Shown piece after piece: positions 21,550 to 35,895 of a stretch of 64,000 nucleotides of DNA. The position numbers were made by a program, and so were the translations under genes. Source of the stretch: Okamejei kenojei (lineage: Eukaryota); assembly GCA_035221665.1 (NCBI GenBank), contig CM069151.1, positions 39,680,001 to 39,744,000 on the forward strand. The letters are read 5' to 3'. The notes under the pieces were generated by a model, which saw nothing but the letters and a program-made list of their open reading frames with translations, had not been told where the DNA came from and did no database searches. Positions within the stretch are counted from its first letter, which is position 1, and each line of letters begins with the position of its first letter.

Positions 21550-24500
21550 GATATAGGGTTGTTAGCACGCAATATTCAACATATTTTTATATTTCCTTAC
21601 GGTGATTGTATTTTATCAATGCGTCTTTTCTTCATTTCCCAACTAATTGGGAGCTAATTATGCAGGGTCGAGCACATCAGTGTCCAGTGACAGTAATTCC
21701 ATGTAATGTTGCCTTTTCTCAGAGAGTCTTTGCAGTGGCTACACTGACCATCAGTGTGGCCTTCAGCACTTCTTCCAGTAGAAACAAGTTGCCAAACATG
21801 TCTTCACATTCACTCAGTCTACCTTGGAGCACTTCCCAGATGAGAAAGTGTCCATTTCAACCAGGAGGTAAATGTTGCCAGTCTACAAATAATATGTGGC
21901 AGCATTTTGTTTGCAGTTTTAGAGAACAAGACTTAAGTGCAAATATGCTTTAAGTGTAGTGGAGCAGCTGATGCCACAGATGGTGCTGTCAAACACCTGT
22001 TTGGGGAAAAACATGTGCAAAAAAGTTGAAGTTAAAGTCAACATGTGTTCCCAGGTAGACTGTGAACGTGAAGAATGTTTCTCTGTCCAATATGTGTGAC
22101 ATTTCATAAAGCGAACCACTGTAAATAATGATTGAGTTCAATCTATCATTGTAATCAAATTGACAAGATATGACTGCACTATATGAAGGCATATTATTAT
22201 GGCTGTAGATGGAGGCAAACTAACAAGACACAGTGTTGATAGACACAAAATGCTGGAGTAACTCAGTGGGTCAGACAGCATCTCTGGAGTAGGTGACATT
22301 TTGGGTGGAGACCCTTTTTCAGACTGAGAGTCAGGAAAAGGAAACGAGGGATATAAATGGTGATGTATATGCATATCTTTCATTCATTTATTCTATATCT
22401 CACTACATCACAGTCTATATCACTCATTTCCCTTTCCCCTGATAGTCATGCACTGGTGAAGGACTGGTTGGTCATTGCACTTTGTTTGCTATGACTAGTA
22501 GTGATTGAGAAACAACACCTTGAGTAGAAAAGCAGCAAAAGTTAACGTGTAAGATTTTAGCTCAGCAAGTGTGAAAGGTATTGAGAACAGGAATTGTCAG
22601 GACAAGTTGTCATTTGAAGTTCAAAGCTGGTAGCTGGACCTGTTGTATTAAATGTGTTTACCTTCTGACAAACCTAAACGTCAATATTAACCAAGACTTC
22701 ATTTCCAAGCTGCTCCACAGACTTAAACTGATTGTATATAGATCCACAAATGACAACAGTAACGCAGATCATAATAGAAATGTAATGGCGTTTGGATAAT
22801 AAAATCATCATGTATTTTAATCTAAATCTAAATCACATTGGTAGTAGTAGGAGGGAGGATCAATTCATGGGGTGCATATGAGATGGTTTCTGAATCATTT
22901 TGTGGAGAAAGCAACAATGAACAGGCTATTTTAGATATGGGATACTGCAATGAGAAAGGGTTAAATTATCTAAGTGACCATTAGGGAAGAGAGATCATAA
23001 TAAGATAAAATTTTGTTCAAAGTTTAGTTCAATCTGAAGATAGTACCCAAACAGGGATAATATAAAAATCACGAGCATTAGGGATGAGGTGGCCTGGTAG
23101 GTTGGGAAACACCATTGATAATTATAACAATAAACAAGCAATAAAATAAACAATAAAAAATTACCACATAGTTTACTTGTGATATTTATATCTTTCTTTG
23201 TGGAATAAAATGTATCCAATTATAACCGTGAGAAAGATAACAATATGTCAAAGGAAAGTGTTTATGTTATTCAATAAAGCTGTAAGCTTGAGGTTTGGGA
23301 ACGTCATTAGGCACATGGACATGTAGGGAATGGAGGGATATGGATCACATACAATCAGAGGAGAATAGTTTAATTTGGAATCGTAATCATGATCATGAAC
23401 AAAGGGCCTGTTCCTGTGTTTTACTGTTCCACGTTCTAAAACCGCTAGTCATGAAATAAATGCTTTATGTACTTCAAAGGTAAGACCAAGGTATTGGCAA
23501 TGAAAAGGTGGGGAGACTGTAAGAATAGCTGAGAGATAAATATCCTGTAAGAGTTTCTAAAGGTACATAAAGAGGAAAATATTAGTGGAAATTAAGGTGA
23601 AAACACTTTGCAGGCGTTAAAGAAAACTTTAAAACACACCACCAAGATCAGGCAAGGCAATCAAGACTTTATTAAGAGCATCAAATACAGTGATCAGTGG
23701 GAGGAGTTTCTCCCTGAACAAAGATTCATCTACTTCTTATATACTGAATTTTGATTTGTTATGTTGTTTACTGTAGCAGGCACTTATGCACTTTTCCTTC
23801 TGCTGAATGATCTTATAACAATTTTACTTCGGAGTCACGTGAGTGACTACGTGAAGAAGCCCCGCCTGGCGCATGATCGGCATTACGTCGACGCTGACGG
23901 CAGAGCAAGAGCTGCAGAGGCAGCTCCTCTACAGCGGTAAGTACAGGCCCACAGGTAAGTGCAGTTGAAATACTTACAGGGCATATCCAAACTCCGTGGC
24001 TGGTGTATAGAGCCACCAGGTGTTAAAAAGAAATGGAATTTAAAAGCAAAAAATAAAATAAAAGTTAAAATGAAAAGAAAATACAGATATACGGTGGAAA
24101 AAACGGAGTTTAAAAAGCGTCCCAGGGGAAAACTCAGCGATCGGGATGGCAGATTAAGTGATGAGCCGGTTCCGATACCGGTGGCCGTTAAAATTACCGT
24201 TAGGGAGACTTTAGTTGCTCCACAAACTTTTGGCTATAAGGAAAAACGGAGTTTAAAAGTTAAAAAGAAAAGAAAATACTCCGGGGGAAAAAATGGAGTA
24301 TAAAAGTTAAAAAGGAAAATAAATACTCCGGGTGAAAAAAAAGGAGTTTAAAAGTTAAAATGAAAAGAAAAAACTCCAGTGGGAAGGAAAAAATTTAAAA
24401 AAGTCAGAGAGGCCATGTTTTAAAAAGTTCTAATAAAAAGGCCTCCAGACAAAAAAGCTTTATGGCTTAAAATTAATGGAGAAAGACTCCAAAAATAAAA

Positions 24501-25140
24501 AATTCAACCAAAGGGTTTAAAAAGGCCCAAAATATTCCCAAAAAACAGACCCTGAGGGGTTTCCATATATTAATATATATGGTGGAATTTATCAATGTGG
24601 GAATATCTACCTCGGATTGTTTTGGAGGTAGTCTCCTTGAGGAAAAACTCAGGAGTAACCCGGGCAGTAAAAGAATATGAAAAACTGACCCTAAAGGTGC
24701 ATTGATAGTGGTGGCTGGTCATAAAGTACCCACCACAGCACAAATGTATATACAGGTGTACTAGGTACGATACCAGAATGAAGGAGTGAGGCCATGGAAA
24801 GTAACCATGGAAACCAAAATTAATTGGTCTCTCACCCTAGCTGTATGGTTGAAACAGCAGAGTTATTGATAAAACTTTTTATGTTTTATTAAGGTATCAA
24901 CGGTGAATCCGAGTATGGTACCCATGTCTCAGTTATATGGAGACATAAGGAAATACGATTTCAAAGTATTTCAAGCTGGTGCGTGGCATCACTACTTATG
25001 TAAAACAAAGAAAACATTTAAAATAAAAAGACAAATTGCCATTAGTTTGTGGAGCTCAGCGGGATAAATATATATATATATATATAAAATTGTTATTGGG
25101 ACCAATTTTGCACTTTATATTTGCAGGTCAAAACAGATCA

Positions 25141-28100
25141 AACATAGAAACATAGAAACATAGAAATTAGGTGCAGGAGTAGGCCATTCAGCCCTTCGAG
25201 CCTGCACCGCCATTCAATATGATCATGGCTGATCATCCAACTCAGTATCCCGTACCTGCCTTCTCTCCATACCCTCTGATCCCCTTAGCCACAAGGGCCA
25301 CATCCAACTCACTCTTAAATATAGCCAATGAACTGGCCTCAACTACCCTCTGTGGCAGAGAGTTCCAGAGACTCACCACTCTCTGTGTGAAAAAAGTCTT
25401 TCTCATCTCGGTCTTAAAGGATTTCCCCCTTATCCTTAAGCTGTGACCCCTTGTCCTGGACTTCCCCAACATCGGGAACAATCTTCCTGCATCTAGCCTG
25501 TCCAACCCCTTAAGAATTTTGTAAGTTTCTATAAGATCCCCTCTCAATCTCCTAAATTCCAGAGAGTATAAACCGAGTCTATCCAGTCTTTCTTCATAAG
25601 ACAGTCCTGACATCCCAGGAATCAGTCTGGTGAACCTTCTCTGCACTCCCTCTATGGCAATAATGTCCTTTCTCAGATTTGGAGACCAAAACTGTACGCA
25701 ATACTCCAGGTGTGGTCTCACCAAGACCCTGTACAACTGAAGTAGAACCTCCCTGCTCCTGTACTCAAATCCTTTTGCTATGAAAGCTAACATACCATTC
25801 GCTTTTTTCACTGCCTGCTGCACCTGCATGCCTACTTTCAATGACTGGTGTACCATGACACCCAGGTCTCGCTGCATCTCCCCTTTTCCTAATCGGCCAC
25901 CATTTAAATAATAGTCTGCTTTCCTGTTTTTGCCACCAAAGTGGATAACCTCACATTTATCCACATTATACTGCATCTGCCAAACATTTGCCCACTCAAC
26001 CAGCCTATCCAAGTCATCTTGCAGTCTCCTAGCATCCTCCTCACAGCGAACACTGCCCCCCAGCTTAGTGTAATCCGCAAACTTGGAGATATTGCCTTCA
26101 ATTCCCTCATCCAGATCATTAATATATATTGTAAATAGCTGGGGTCCCAGCACTGAGCCCTGCGGTACCCCACTAGTTACTGCCTGCCATTGTGAAAAGG
26201 ACCCGTTTACTCCTACTCTTTGCTTCCTGTTTGCCAGCCAGTTCTCTATCCACATCAATACTGAACCCCTAGTACCGTATGCTTTAAGTTTGTATACTAA
26301 TCTCTTATGTGGGACCTTGTCGAAAGCCTTCTGGAAGTCCAGATATACCACATCCACTGGTTCTCCCTTATCCACGCTACTAGTTACATCCTCGAAAAAT
26401 TCCACAAGATTCGTCAGACATGATTTACCTTTTGTAAATCCATGCTGACTTTGTCCAATGATTTCACCACTTTCCAAATGTGCTGCTATCCCATCTTTAA
26501 TAACTGACTCTAGCAGTTTCCCCACTACCGATGTTAGACTAACTGGTCTGTAATTCCCCGTTTTCTCTCTCCCTCCCTTCTTAAAAAGAGGGGTTACATT
26601 TGCTACCCGCCAATCCTCAGGAACTACTCCAGAATCTAAAGAGTTTTGAAAGATTATCACTAATGCATCCACTATTTCCTGAGCTACTTCCTTAAGTACT
26701 CTGGGATGCAGCCTATCTGGCCCTGGGGATTTATCGGCCTTTAATCTATTCAATTTACCCAACACCACTTCCCGACTGACCTGGATTTCACTCAATTCCT
26801 CCTTTGACCCACAGTCCCCTGCTATTTCAGGCAGATTATTTATGTCTTCCTTAGTGAAGACGGAACCAAAGTAGTTATTCAATTGGTCCGCCATATCCTT
26901 GTTCCCCATGATCAACTCACCTGTTTCTGACTGCAAGGGACCTACATTTGTTTTAACTAACCTCTTTCCCTTCACATATCTATAAAAACTTTGTTCCCTG
27001 CCAGTTTTCTTTCATAATCTATTTTTCCTTTCCTAATTAAGCCCTTTGTCCTCCTCTGCTGGTCTCTGAATTTCTCCCAGTCCTCTGGTATGCTGCTTTT
27101 TCTGGCTACTTTGTACGCATCATCCTTTGCTTTGATACTATCCCTGATTTCCCTTGTTATCCACGGATGCACTACCTTCCCCGATTTATTCTTTTGCCAA
27201 ACTGGGATGAACAATTTTTGTAGTTCATCCATGCAGTCTTTAAATGTCTTCCATTGTATATCCACCGTCAACCCTTTTAGAATTAATTGCCAGTCAATCT
27301 TGGCCAATTCACGTCTCATACCCTCAAAGTTACCTTTCTTTAAGTTCAGAACCATTGTTTCTGAATTAACAATGTCACTCTCCATCCTAATGAAGAACTC
27401 AACCATATTATGGTCACTCTTGCCCAAGGGGGCACGTACAACAAGACAGCTAATTACCCCTTCCTCATTACTCAAAACCCAGTCTAAAATAGCCTGCTCT
27501 CTCGTTGGTTCCTCTACATGTTGATTTAGATAACTATCCCGCATACATTCCAAAAAATCCTCTTCCTCATCACCCCTGCCAATTTGATTAACCCAATCTA
27601 TATGTAGATTGAAGTCACCCATTATAACTGTTTTGCCTTTGTCGCACGCATTTCTAATTTCCTGTTTGATACCATCCCCAACTTCTCTGCTACTGTTAGG
27701 TGGCCTGTACACAACACCCACAAGCGTTTTCTGCCCCTTAGTGTTTTGTAGCTCTACCCATACCGATTCCACATCCTCCAAGCTAATGTCCTTCCTTTCC
27801 ATTGCGTTAATCTCCTCTCTAACCAGCAACGCTACCCCACCTCCTTTTCCTTTCTCTCTATCCCTCCTGAATATTGAATATCCCTGGATGTTCAGCTCCC
27901 AGCCTACGTCACCCTGGAGCCATGTCTCCGTGATCCCAACTATATCATAATCATTAATATCTATCTGCACGTTCAACTCGTCCACCTTATTACGAATACT
28001 CCTTGCATTGAGACACAAAGCCTTCAGGCTTGTCTTTACAACGCACTTACCCCTTATACAATTTTGCTGAAAAGTGGCCCTTTTTGATTTTTGCCCTGGT

Positions 28101-29016
28101 TTCGTCTGCCTGCCACTTTTACTTTTCACCTTGCTACCTAATGCTTCTACCCTCATTTTACACCCTCCTGCCTCTCTGCTCTTGTACCCATCCCCCTGCC
28201 ACATTAGTTTAAATCCTCCCCGACAGCACTAGCAAACACTCCCCCAAGAACATTGGTTCCATTCCATTCCAGGTGCAAACCGTCCTGTTTGTACCGGTCC
28301 CACCTCCCCCAGAACTGGTCCCAGTGCCCTAAAAATTTGAATCCCTCCCCCTTGCACCACTTTTCAAGCCACGTATTCATTTGCATTATCCTCCTATTTC
28401 TACTCTGACTGGCCCGTGGTACTGGTAGTAATCCGGAGATTACTACCTTTGAGGTCCTACTTTTAAGTTTATCTCCTAGCTCCCTAAATTCACCTTGTAG
28501 GACCTCATCCCTTTTTTTACCTATATCGTTGGTGCCAACATGCACCACGACAACTGGCTGTTCACCCTCCCCCTCCAGAATGTTCTGCAGCCGTTCAGTG
28601 ACATCCCTGACCTTTGCACCAGGGAGGCAACATACCATCCTGGAGTCTCGTTTGCGGCCGCAGAAACGCCTATCTATTCCCCTGACAATTGAATCCCCTA
28701 TTACTATTGCCCTTCCCCTCTTTTTTCCCCCATCATGTGCTGCAGAGCCACCCATGGTGCCATGAACCTGGCTGCTGCTGCATTCCCCTGATGAGCTATC
28801 TCCCTCAACAGTATCCAAAATGGTATACCTGTTTAGGAGGGAGATGACCGCAGGGGACTCCTGCACTACCTGCCTACTGCTTTGCTGGCTATTGGCCACC
28901 CGTTCCCTTCTTGTCCTCTTACCTTTTGCCTGCGGTGTGACCAACTCACTGTACGTGCTATCCACGACTTTCTCCGCATTGTGGATGCTCCAGTATGAAT
29001 CCAGCCGCAGTTCCAA
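25141..29016 (-). mobile_element. Near full-length young CR1 LINE nested in the DIRS element: ORF1 (SGNH/GDSL esterase) and ORF2 (APE endonuclease + RT) with one frameshift
   Basis: ORF1 28204-29016 (IVIGDSIVR, VHVGTND, DGLHL); ORF2 with [52 protein letters not shown]; short deletion near 26990 relative to the copy at ~50470; (GAAACATA)n tail. Confidence 0.97.
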
Positions 29017-31410
29017 TCAAGTTATGTTAAACTCCTGATTATTATGGAGTAAACCTGCTTCAGGATAAATCAAAGACATTGATTACAAAGGAAAGACTAT
29101 TGGTCATTAAACTTTGGAAAAATTATGATCCAATGTAAAGATTTGATAATGGATCAAAACAAAGGCAGGAGTATGATAAATACATATTTATCCAACACAG
29201 CCTTATTTGAACCCATATGATTGGGAAGAAAAGGCTTCATGTACATTTGAAGAGGTGCAAAAACTTGTTACAGAAGAAGTTAATGAAATCTACAATGTGG
29301 GAGATTACAGGTGTGTTATGATCAATGATATGGCATAACAAAGGGTTGATTTATTTTAATGTGTAAAGGATCTACAAAAAAATTGTAGAAGGAATTGGTT
29401 CACCTGTATAGGAAAACCTAAAAATTGATTTTAGGTTTGCACCTAAAATATTTCCAATAAAGAAGGGGTACGTAAATTTGTATCATAAATTTCCCCAGGG
29501 AAAAAGATGTGATAAAGCCATACAAGACATCATTTTAAATACACTTTTACAGTGTAAAAACATTTTATTGAAATGGACATCTTCAACATTGAAAAACAGT
29601 TGTTATTAACAAATTGTTAATCATTACTATAAGACTCGAAGGATTGGTATTTAGTACCAATTTATTATCATATTTACAGGTGCTTGAAATTAATTAGAAT
29701 GGGTCAGCTGTGCAAGTTAAGACATTGTCTAATGGATTAAACTCAGTTCTAGGCTGTTCACATAATTACTGGAACAACAATTGCACTGATAAGAAGATCA
29801 GCACTTGCACTAATGAGGACATGGTCATGGTTTATCTTGATCAGATTTTAAATTGGAAGGTTGATCAGGAGTTAGCTGCAAATTAGTGCAGCAATTACAA
29901 GCCTGTTGAGAGGCAAGGGTCCTGACCCATCCAATAAAAACTATGTTTTAGGCATTCATAAACATTCCTAAATTACTATTCTGGGTTTAGGAGTAATTCA
30001 GCACCATATGAGGGGGAAAAATGTTTTCTGAGATACAAATGTCTCATTGCTTTGTTGACAAACTTTGTCCCTCCATCAGAGAAGGAGCTTAGGTAAAAGA
30101 GTTTTTTTTTTAAATAAATAAATAAATAAAAGCTGCAAATAAGGGAAAACACAAGCATTATAAGAGTATGCAGGCCTTTTTGACAGGCCTATGCAAATAC
30201 CAAAAGATGCGTTATCATAATTAAAGTGGTGAATAGAAAAGGTTCCACAAGCTGCTTTAAATATATAAGCTTAGCAGCCGTTGCAAGCTGAAGCAAGTAT
30301 TATCGGATGATGGATAGCTTCTGTGATTATTTGGGTTAAGATAAGTATAATATCTATTCTTATCAAGTTAATATTTGATACGTCCCTTGTTAGGGGACTA
30401 CGGACAATAACACCAGGGAATTGCAAATGGATTGTCCTAAGAAATATTTCACCAAGCATTTGTATTAATTATTGGAGTATCAGGAGCTTTTTATGGATTA
30501 AATGCCTATTCTTCTATTATGAAAGTGTGCATGTCATATCAGGTGACCAATACCACGGCTGTGGCATATATCAATCACATGAGTCAAGTAAGATCATTAT
30601 CAAGTGATTATCTGGGTAACCAGATGTGGCGTATTCTAAAAATGTTTTAGTTCAGCTGTTTATCTCTAAGGAAGAGACAATGTTGTCGCAGACAATAAAT
30701 CAGGGGAAAAACATTGTCAGTAATATGGATTACTTACCATTAATCTGGTTGTATCCAGATTAAATCACCGATCTCTCAAATGTTCCGTGGGAAAACCGAG
30801 AGCAGGAGCGGTGGATATATTTCGCTAAATTACATGAGGAAAGATGTTCTTTTATGTTCCTCATTTTTGTTTCATAGGGCAGTGTCTGATGAAAATGTAG
30901 CAGGACGCTGCCAGGGGCGCTTTGGTGGCCCAAACCGGACCTTCATGGTTCTCATTAATGTTGAGAGTGATGTTTGAACCAGTTATGATGACTCATAGTT
31001 GCAGTAATTTATTGTTGTACAAATTCATCCAGGGCATGAAGATATGAATTTGGTTATCTGCAGGTTTGACCAGACCATTATAACAATTTGACGGTCAAAG
31101 AGGTCTATGAATGTTTTAACTAATATAACAATATAACAATTATGTACAAAAGGAATGTTATACCTGCAATTTGGAGAAATAGCTAAAAAACAATATTTTG
31201 TTTATAAGAAATTGGAAGTATTTTGCAGACAGTAAAAGTCATTTTATCATATTAGATATATGGGAGTTCCTTGTGGATTGCATTTTTTCTCAGCATCTAA
31301 GTGATAGAGCCAATAATAGAGCTCATAGTGTTTATCGGCCTATTTAGGACAAATTGCTGACCAAGAATTTATCGGGCTCATTCATAATATCCCGATATGA
31401 AAAAGGGACA

Positions 31411-31418
<8 letters not shown>

Positions 31419-31458
<40 letters not shown>
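31419..31458. repeat. (TA)n microsatellite
   Basis: Directly visible. Confidence 0.95.
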
Positions 31459-31461
<3 letters not shown>

Positions 31462-32890
31462 CTGTCCAAAGTTGAAATACAGAAGTTGGGAGATCAGCAT
31501 AGTCCTGACTTGCCTTGGGCAATGGACTCCAATTCTATCAATGATTCAAAAGATTAACATTGAAAGTAATAATGCTCATGACTTTAGTGTCAGCATAAAA
31601 GTGCAAACATTGCAAATGTTACGTTATATAATTGCATGTGGCTACAGATTACATTATCTTGTATGTTTATGAATTTATCAAACAAAGAAGACCAAGAAGA
31701 GCTGGAACCAAGGTAAAATTTAAGCATATCCTGTCGGCCAAAAATTGTGTGCGGGTCAACATTGACTCAATATGTTAAAGTAGGTAAGAGTCTCTGTGGT
31801 GGTGAGACAGCACTACTTATTACACATAAAAACCACATTAAGTATCAGTAAAAACTGATGGCTCTAGATAATTATATTCTAGATGGTTAAAACATGTTTA
31901 AAACTCAGTGGAACTAGACATTGAGATGTGGAAAATCACTCCATTAAGGAGGGAGATACATTCACAGGAATGGCACAGGATGGGCCGCTCGAGCAAAGAT
32001 TCAAGGCCGCAGGAGGGTGTAAAGTAAATATTAAAGTTACAATGATTCAGTCATGGTGTCAGGATTGGACACGGAGTGTTGGATTCTCTGTAATTGTTGT
32101 TTTGTTTATACTATCAAATTATATTATCAATGGATATTTGGTGATAAATTTGCCTTTCAATGAAAAGGGCATTATTTTCATTCTTTTATAATGGAAAAGA
32201 TTTATCACATAAACCCAGGCAATGTTTGGGAAAAAATGTGTTATTTGCTCATTACTGTGTTGGTTGAGCCAGTTTGTCGTATGGAATAAGTCTACGACAT
32301 AAAAAACACAGAAGCTACAAAATCTTCACGGAATCACTCACGTGACTCCGAAGTAAAATAGTAAGATTAAACGAGAATTTACCAGTTCGAAGTTTGATCG
32401 TTATTTTATGAGGCGTAACGATGAGGGATTACGTGCCCTCCACTCCCGACCCTCATAAAATAAATGATCATCTGGTAGTTCTAAATCTATGTTGAGCCTT
32501 ACTATCTTATTCCGGCTATTATGTTCTGTGTTTTTCATGCTGCTGCTTTGAAGTATGCCGATCAAGCGCCAGGCGGGGCTTCTTCACGTAATCCCTCATC
32601 GTTACTCCTCATAAAATAACGATCAAACTTCGAACTGGTAAGTTCTCGTTTAAGCTTACTATTATAAATCATGCACCTCTGAAAATTACAAATCAATTTA
32701 ACAGCCCAATTCCACCCCACTGATGATAAGCAGATGTTCCGTTATCCTTTCGACCTCTTTTTATTGTTTTTGAGATTGCCATTAGTTCTTTGGCAACAGA
32801 GAACAGAATCTGACTAAAGTGGATTGCGTTAAGTGCCAGGTACACATGCTCAGTTTCAACCTTCTTTAAAGCACAGAATTATTATGACAC

Positions 32891-33207
32891 ATGGCGGTGC
32901 AGCGGTAAAGTTGCTGCCTTGCAGCAAATGCAGCGCTGGAGACCCAAGTTCGAACCCGACTACAGCTGCTGTACTGTACGGAGTTTGTATGTTCTCCCCG
33001 TGACTTGCGTGGGTTTACTCAGAGATCTTTGGTTTCCTCCCACACTCCAAAGACGTATAGATTTGTAGGTTAATTGGCGGTAAATCTTAAAAGAATTGTC
33101 CCGCGTGTGTGTAGGATAGTGTCAATGTGAGGGGATCGCTGGTCGGCGCGGACCTGGTGGGCCAAAGGGCCTGTTTCCACGCTGTATCTCTAAAGTAAAC
33201 TAAACTA
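32891..33207 (+). mobile_element. tRNA-derived V-SINE (HE1-like)
   Basis: A box TGGCGGTGCAGCGG, B box GTTCGAACCC, V-domain-like GTTTGTATGTTCTCCCCGTGAC...GGTTTCCTCCCACACTCCAAAGAC, (TAAAC)n tail; partial copies near 39422, 42430-42600 and 43290-43535. Confidence 0.8.
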
Positions 33208-33349
33208 ATGAAGAGGACTTTGAGCATTTTTAGGCACTCTACCTGTCCTCATCCCCTGCTGTCTTCTTAAAATATTTGCAATTTATTTTTGACACAGGTC
33301 AGGTATCATCTATGGAAACTGAAACAGAGTATACGCTATAGGTTTGAGA

Positions 33350-34348
33350 TCCCTCCGCAAGGTGTTTGATGAGGTTTTGCACGGTGGACGGCTGTAGAAG
33401 ACTAGGTCACGTGGGATCCAGAGAGAGCTAGCCAACTGATTACAGAATTGGTTTGATACAGAATACGGGTGGTATGCCTCAGATTCAGTGCTGGGCCCAT
33501 TGCTGTTTGTGGTTTACATCAACAATTTGGATGAGAATGTGCAAAGCATGATTAGCAAGTTTGCAGATGACACTAAAGTGGGATGTATTGTAGACAGTGA
33601 AGATGGTTATCAAAAATTACAGCAGGACCTTGATCAGTTGGACAAGTGAACTGAGGAGTGGCTCATGGATTTTAATGCAGATAAGTGTGAGGTATTTCAT
33701 TTTGGGAAGTCAAACCAGGCCAGGACCTTCACAATAAATGGTAGGGTCCTGGGGGTGTATTGTAGGGCAGAGGGACCAAGGAGTACAGGCACATAGTTCT
33801 CTGAAAATTGTGTCATGGGTAGATCTGTTGGTCAAGAAAGCTTTCAGTATATCGGCCTTCATCAGTCAGGGTATTGAGTATAGAGGTTGGGATGTTATGT
33901 TACACTAGGACAAGACATTGGTGGGGCCACATTTGGAGCAATGTGTTCAGTTTTAGTCTCCCTGCTATAGGAAAGATGCTGTTAAGCTTGAAAGACTGCA
34001 GAGAAGATTTATGAGGATGTTACTAGGACTCATAGGCATGAGCAACATGGAGAGGATGGGTAGACTAGGATTTTATTCCTTGGAGCACAGGAGGTTGAGT
34101 GGTGATCATATAGAGGTGTATAAAATCATGGAAGGATAGATGGGGTTAATGCACACTTTTACTGGAATGGGGGAATCAAGTTTAAGGTGAGACGGGAAAC
34201 ATTTAATAGGAACCTGAGGAGGGGCACCTTTTTCACACAGGGTGGTGGAAAAGAACCGCCAGATGGTGTAGTTTGAGGCAAGAACCATTAGCAATATTTA
34301 AAATACATTTGTACGTGTATCATGGATAGGAAATGTTTAGAGGGTATT
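33350..34348 (+). mobile_element. Old decayed CR1-type LINE RT fragment
   Basis: AAGTTTGCAGATGACACTAAAGTGGG (KFADDTKV) and downstream CR1 motifs with stops. Confidence 0.85.
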
Positions 34349-35895
34349 TAGAAACATAGAAATTAGGTGCAGGAGTAGGCCATTTGGCCCTTCGAGCCTG
34401 CACCGCCATTCAATATGATCATGGCTGATCATCCAACTCAGTATCCCGTACCTGCCTTCTCTCCATACCCTCTGATCCCCTTAGCCCAAGGGCCACATCT
34501 AACTCCCTCTTAAATATAGCCAATCAACTGGCCTCAACTACCCTCTGTGGCAGAGTTCCAGAGACTCACCACTCACTGTGTGAAAAAAGACTTTCTCATC
34601 TCGGTCTTAAAGGATTTTCCCCCTTATGCTTAAGCTGTGACCCCTTGTCCTGGACTTCCCCAACATCGGGAACAATCTTCCTGCATCTAGCCTGTCCAAC
34701 CCCTTAAGAATTTTGTAATTTTCTATAAGATGCCCTCTCAATCTCCTAAATTCTAGAGAGTATAAACTGAGTCTATCCAGTCTTTCTTCGTAAGACAGTC
34801 CTGACATCCCAGGAATCAGTCTGGTAAACGTTCTCTGCACTCCCTCTATGGCAATAATGTCCTTCCTCAGATTTGGAGACCAAAACTGTATGCAATACTC
34901 CAGGTGTGGTCTCACCAAGACCCTGTACAACTGAAGTAGAACCTCCCTGCTCCTATACTCAAATCCTTTTGCTATGAAAGCTAACATACCATTCGCTTTC
35001 TTCACTGCCTGCTGCACCTGCATGCCTACTTTCAATCACTGGTGTACCATGACACCCAGGTCTCGCTGCATCTCCTCTTTTCCTAATCGGCCACCATTTA
35101 GATAATAGTCTGCTTTCCTGTTTTTGCCACCAAAGTGGATAACCTCACATTTATCCACATTATACTGCATCTGCCAAACATTTGCCCACTCGCCCAGCCT
35201 ATCCAAGTCACCTTGCAGCCTCCTAGCATCCTCCTCACAGCTAACACTGCCTCCCAGCTTAGTGTCACCCGCAAACATGGAGATATCGCCTTCAATTCCC
35301 TCATCCAGATCATTAATATATATTGTAAATAGCTGGGTCCCAGCACCGAGCCTTGTGGTACCCCACTAGTCACTGCCTGCCATTGTGAAAAGGACCCGTT
35401 TACTCCTACTCTTTGCTTCCTGTTTGCCAGCCAGTTTTCTATCCACATCAATACTGAATCCCCAATGCCGTATGCTTTAAGTTTGTATACTAATCTCTTA
35501 TGTGGGACCTTGTCCAAAGCCTTCTGGAAGTCCAGATATACCACATCCACTGGTTCTCCCTTATCCACGCTACTAGTTACATCCGCGTAAAATTCGACAA
35601 GATTCGTCAGTCATGATTTACCTTTCGTAAATCCATGCTGACTTTGTCCAATGATTTCACCACTTTCCAAATGTGCTGCTATCCCATCTTTAATAACTGA
35701 CTCTAGCAGTTTCCCCACTACCGATGTTAGACGAACTGGTCTGTAATTCCCCGTTTTCTCTCTCCCTCCCTTCTTAAAAAGAGGGGTTACGTTTGCTACC
35801 CGCCAATCCTCAGGAACTACTCCAGAATCTAAAGAGTTTTGAAAGATTATCACTAATGCATCCACTATTTCCTGAGCTACTTCCTTAAGTACTCT
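34349..35895 (-). mobile_element. 5'-truncated CR1 LINE (same subfamily as 25141)
   Basis: ORFs 34607-35997 match the CR1 RT with several frameshifts; tail at 34349. Confidence 0.95.

Larger units (their letters stand above)
23821..32662 (+). mobile_element. DIRS1-type tyrosine-recombinase retrotransposon with decayed interior
   Basis: Left end ATTTTACTTCGGAGTCACGTGAGTGA; inverted repeat TACGTGAAGAAGCCCCGCCTGGCGC (~23848) versus GCGCCAGGCGGGGCTTCTTCACGTA (~32565); internal complementary region 32334-32435 complementary to both outer ends. No intact ORFs. Confidence 0.85.

Noticed and set aside
23959-24303. Lys-rich 114-aa ORF
   Set aside because: A-rich internal repeats of the decayed DIRS element; no domain signature
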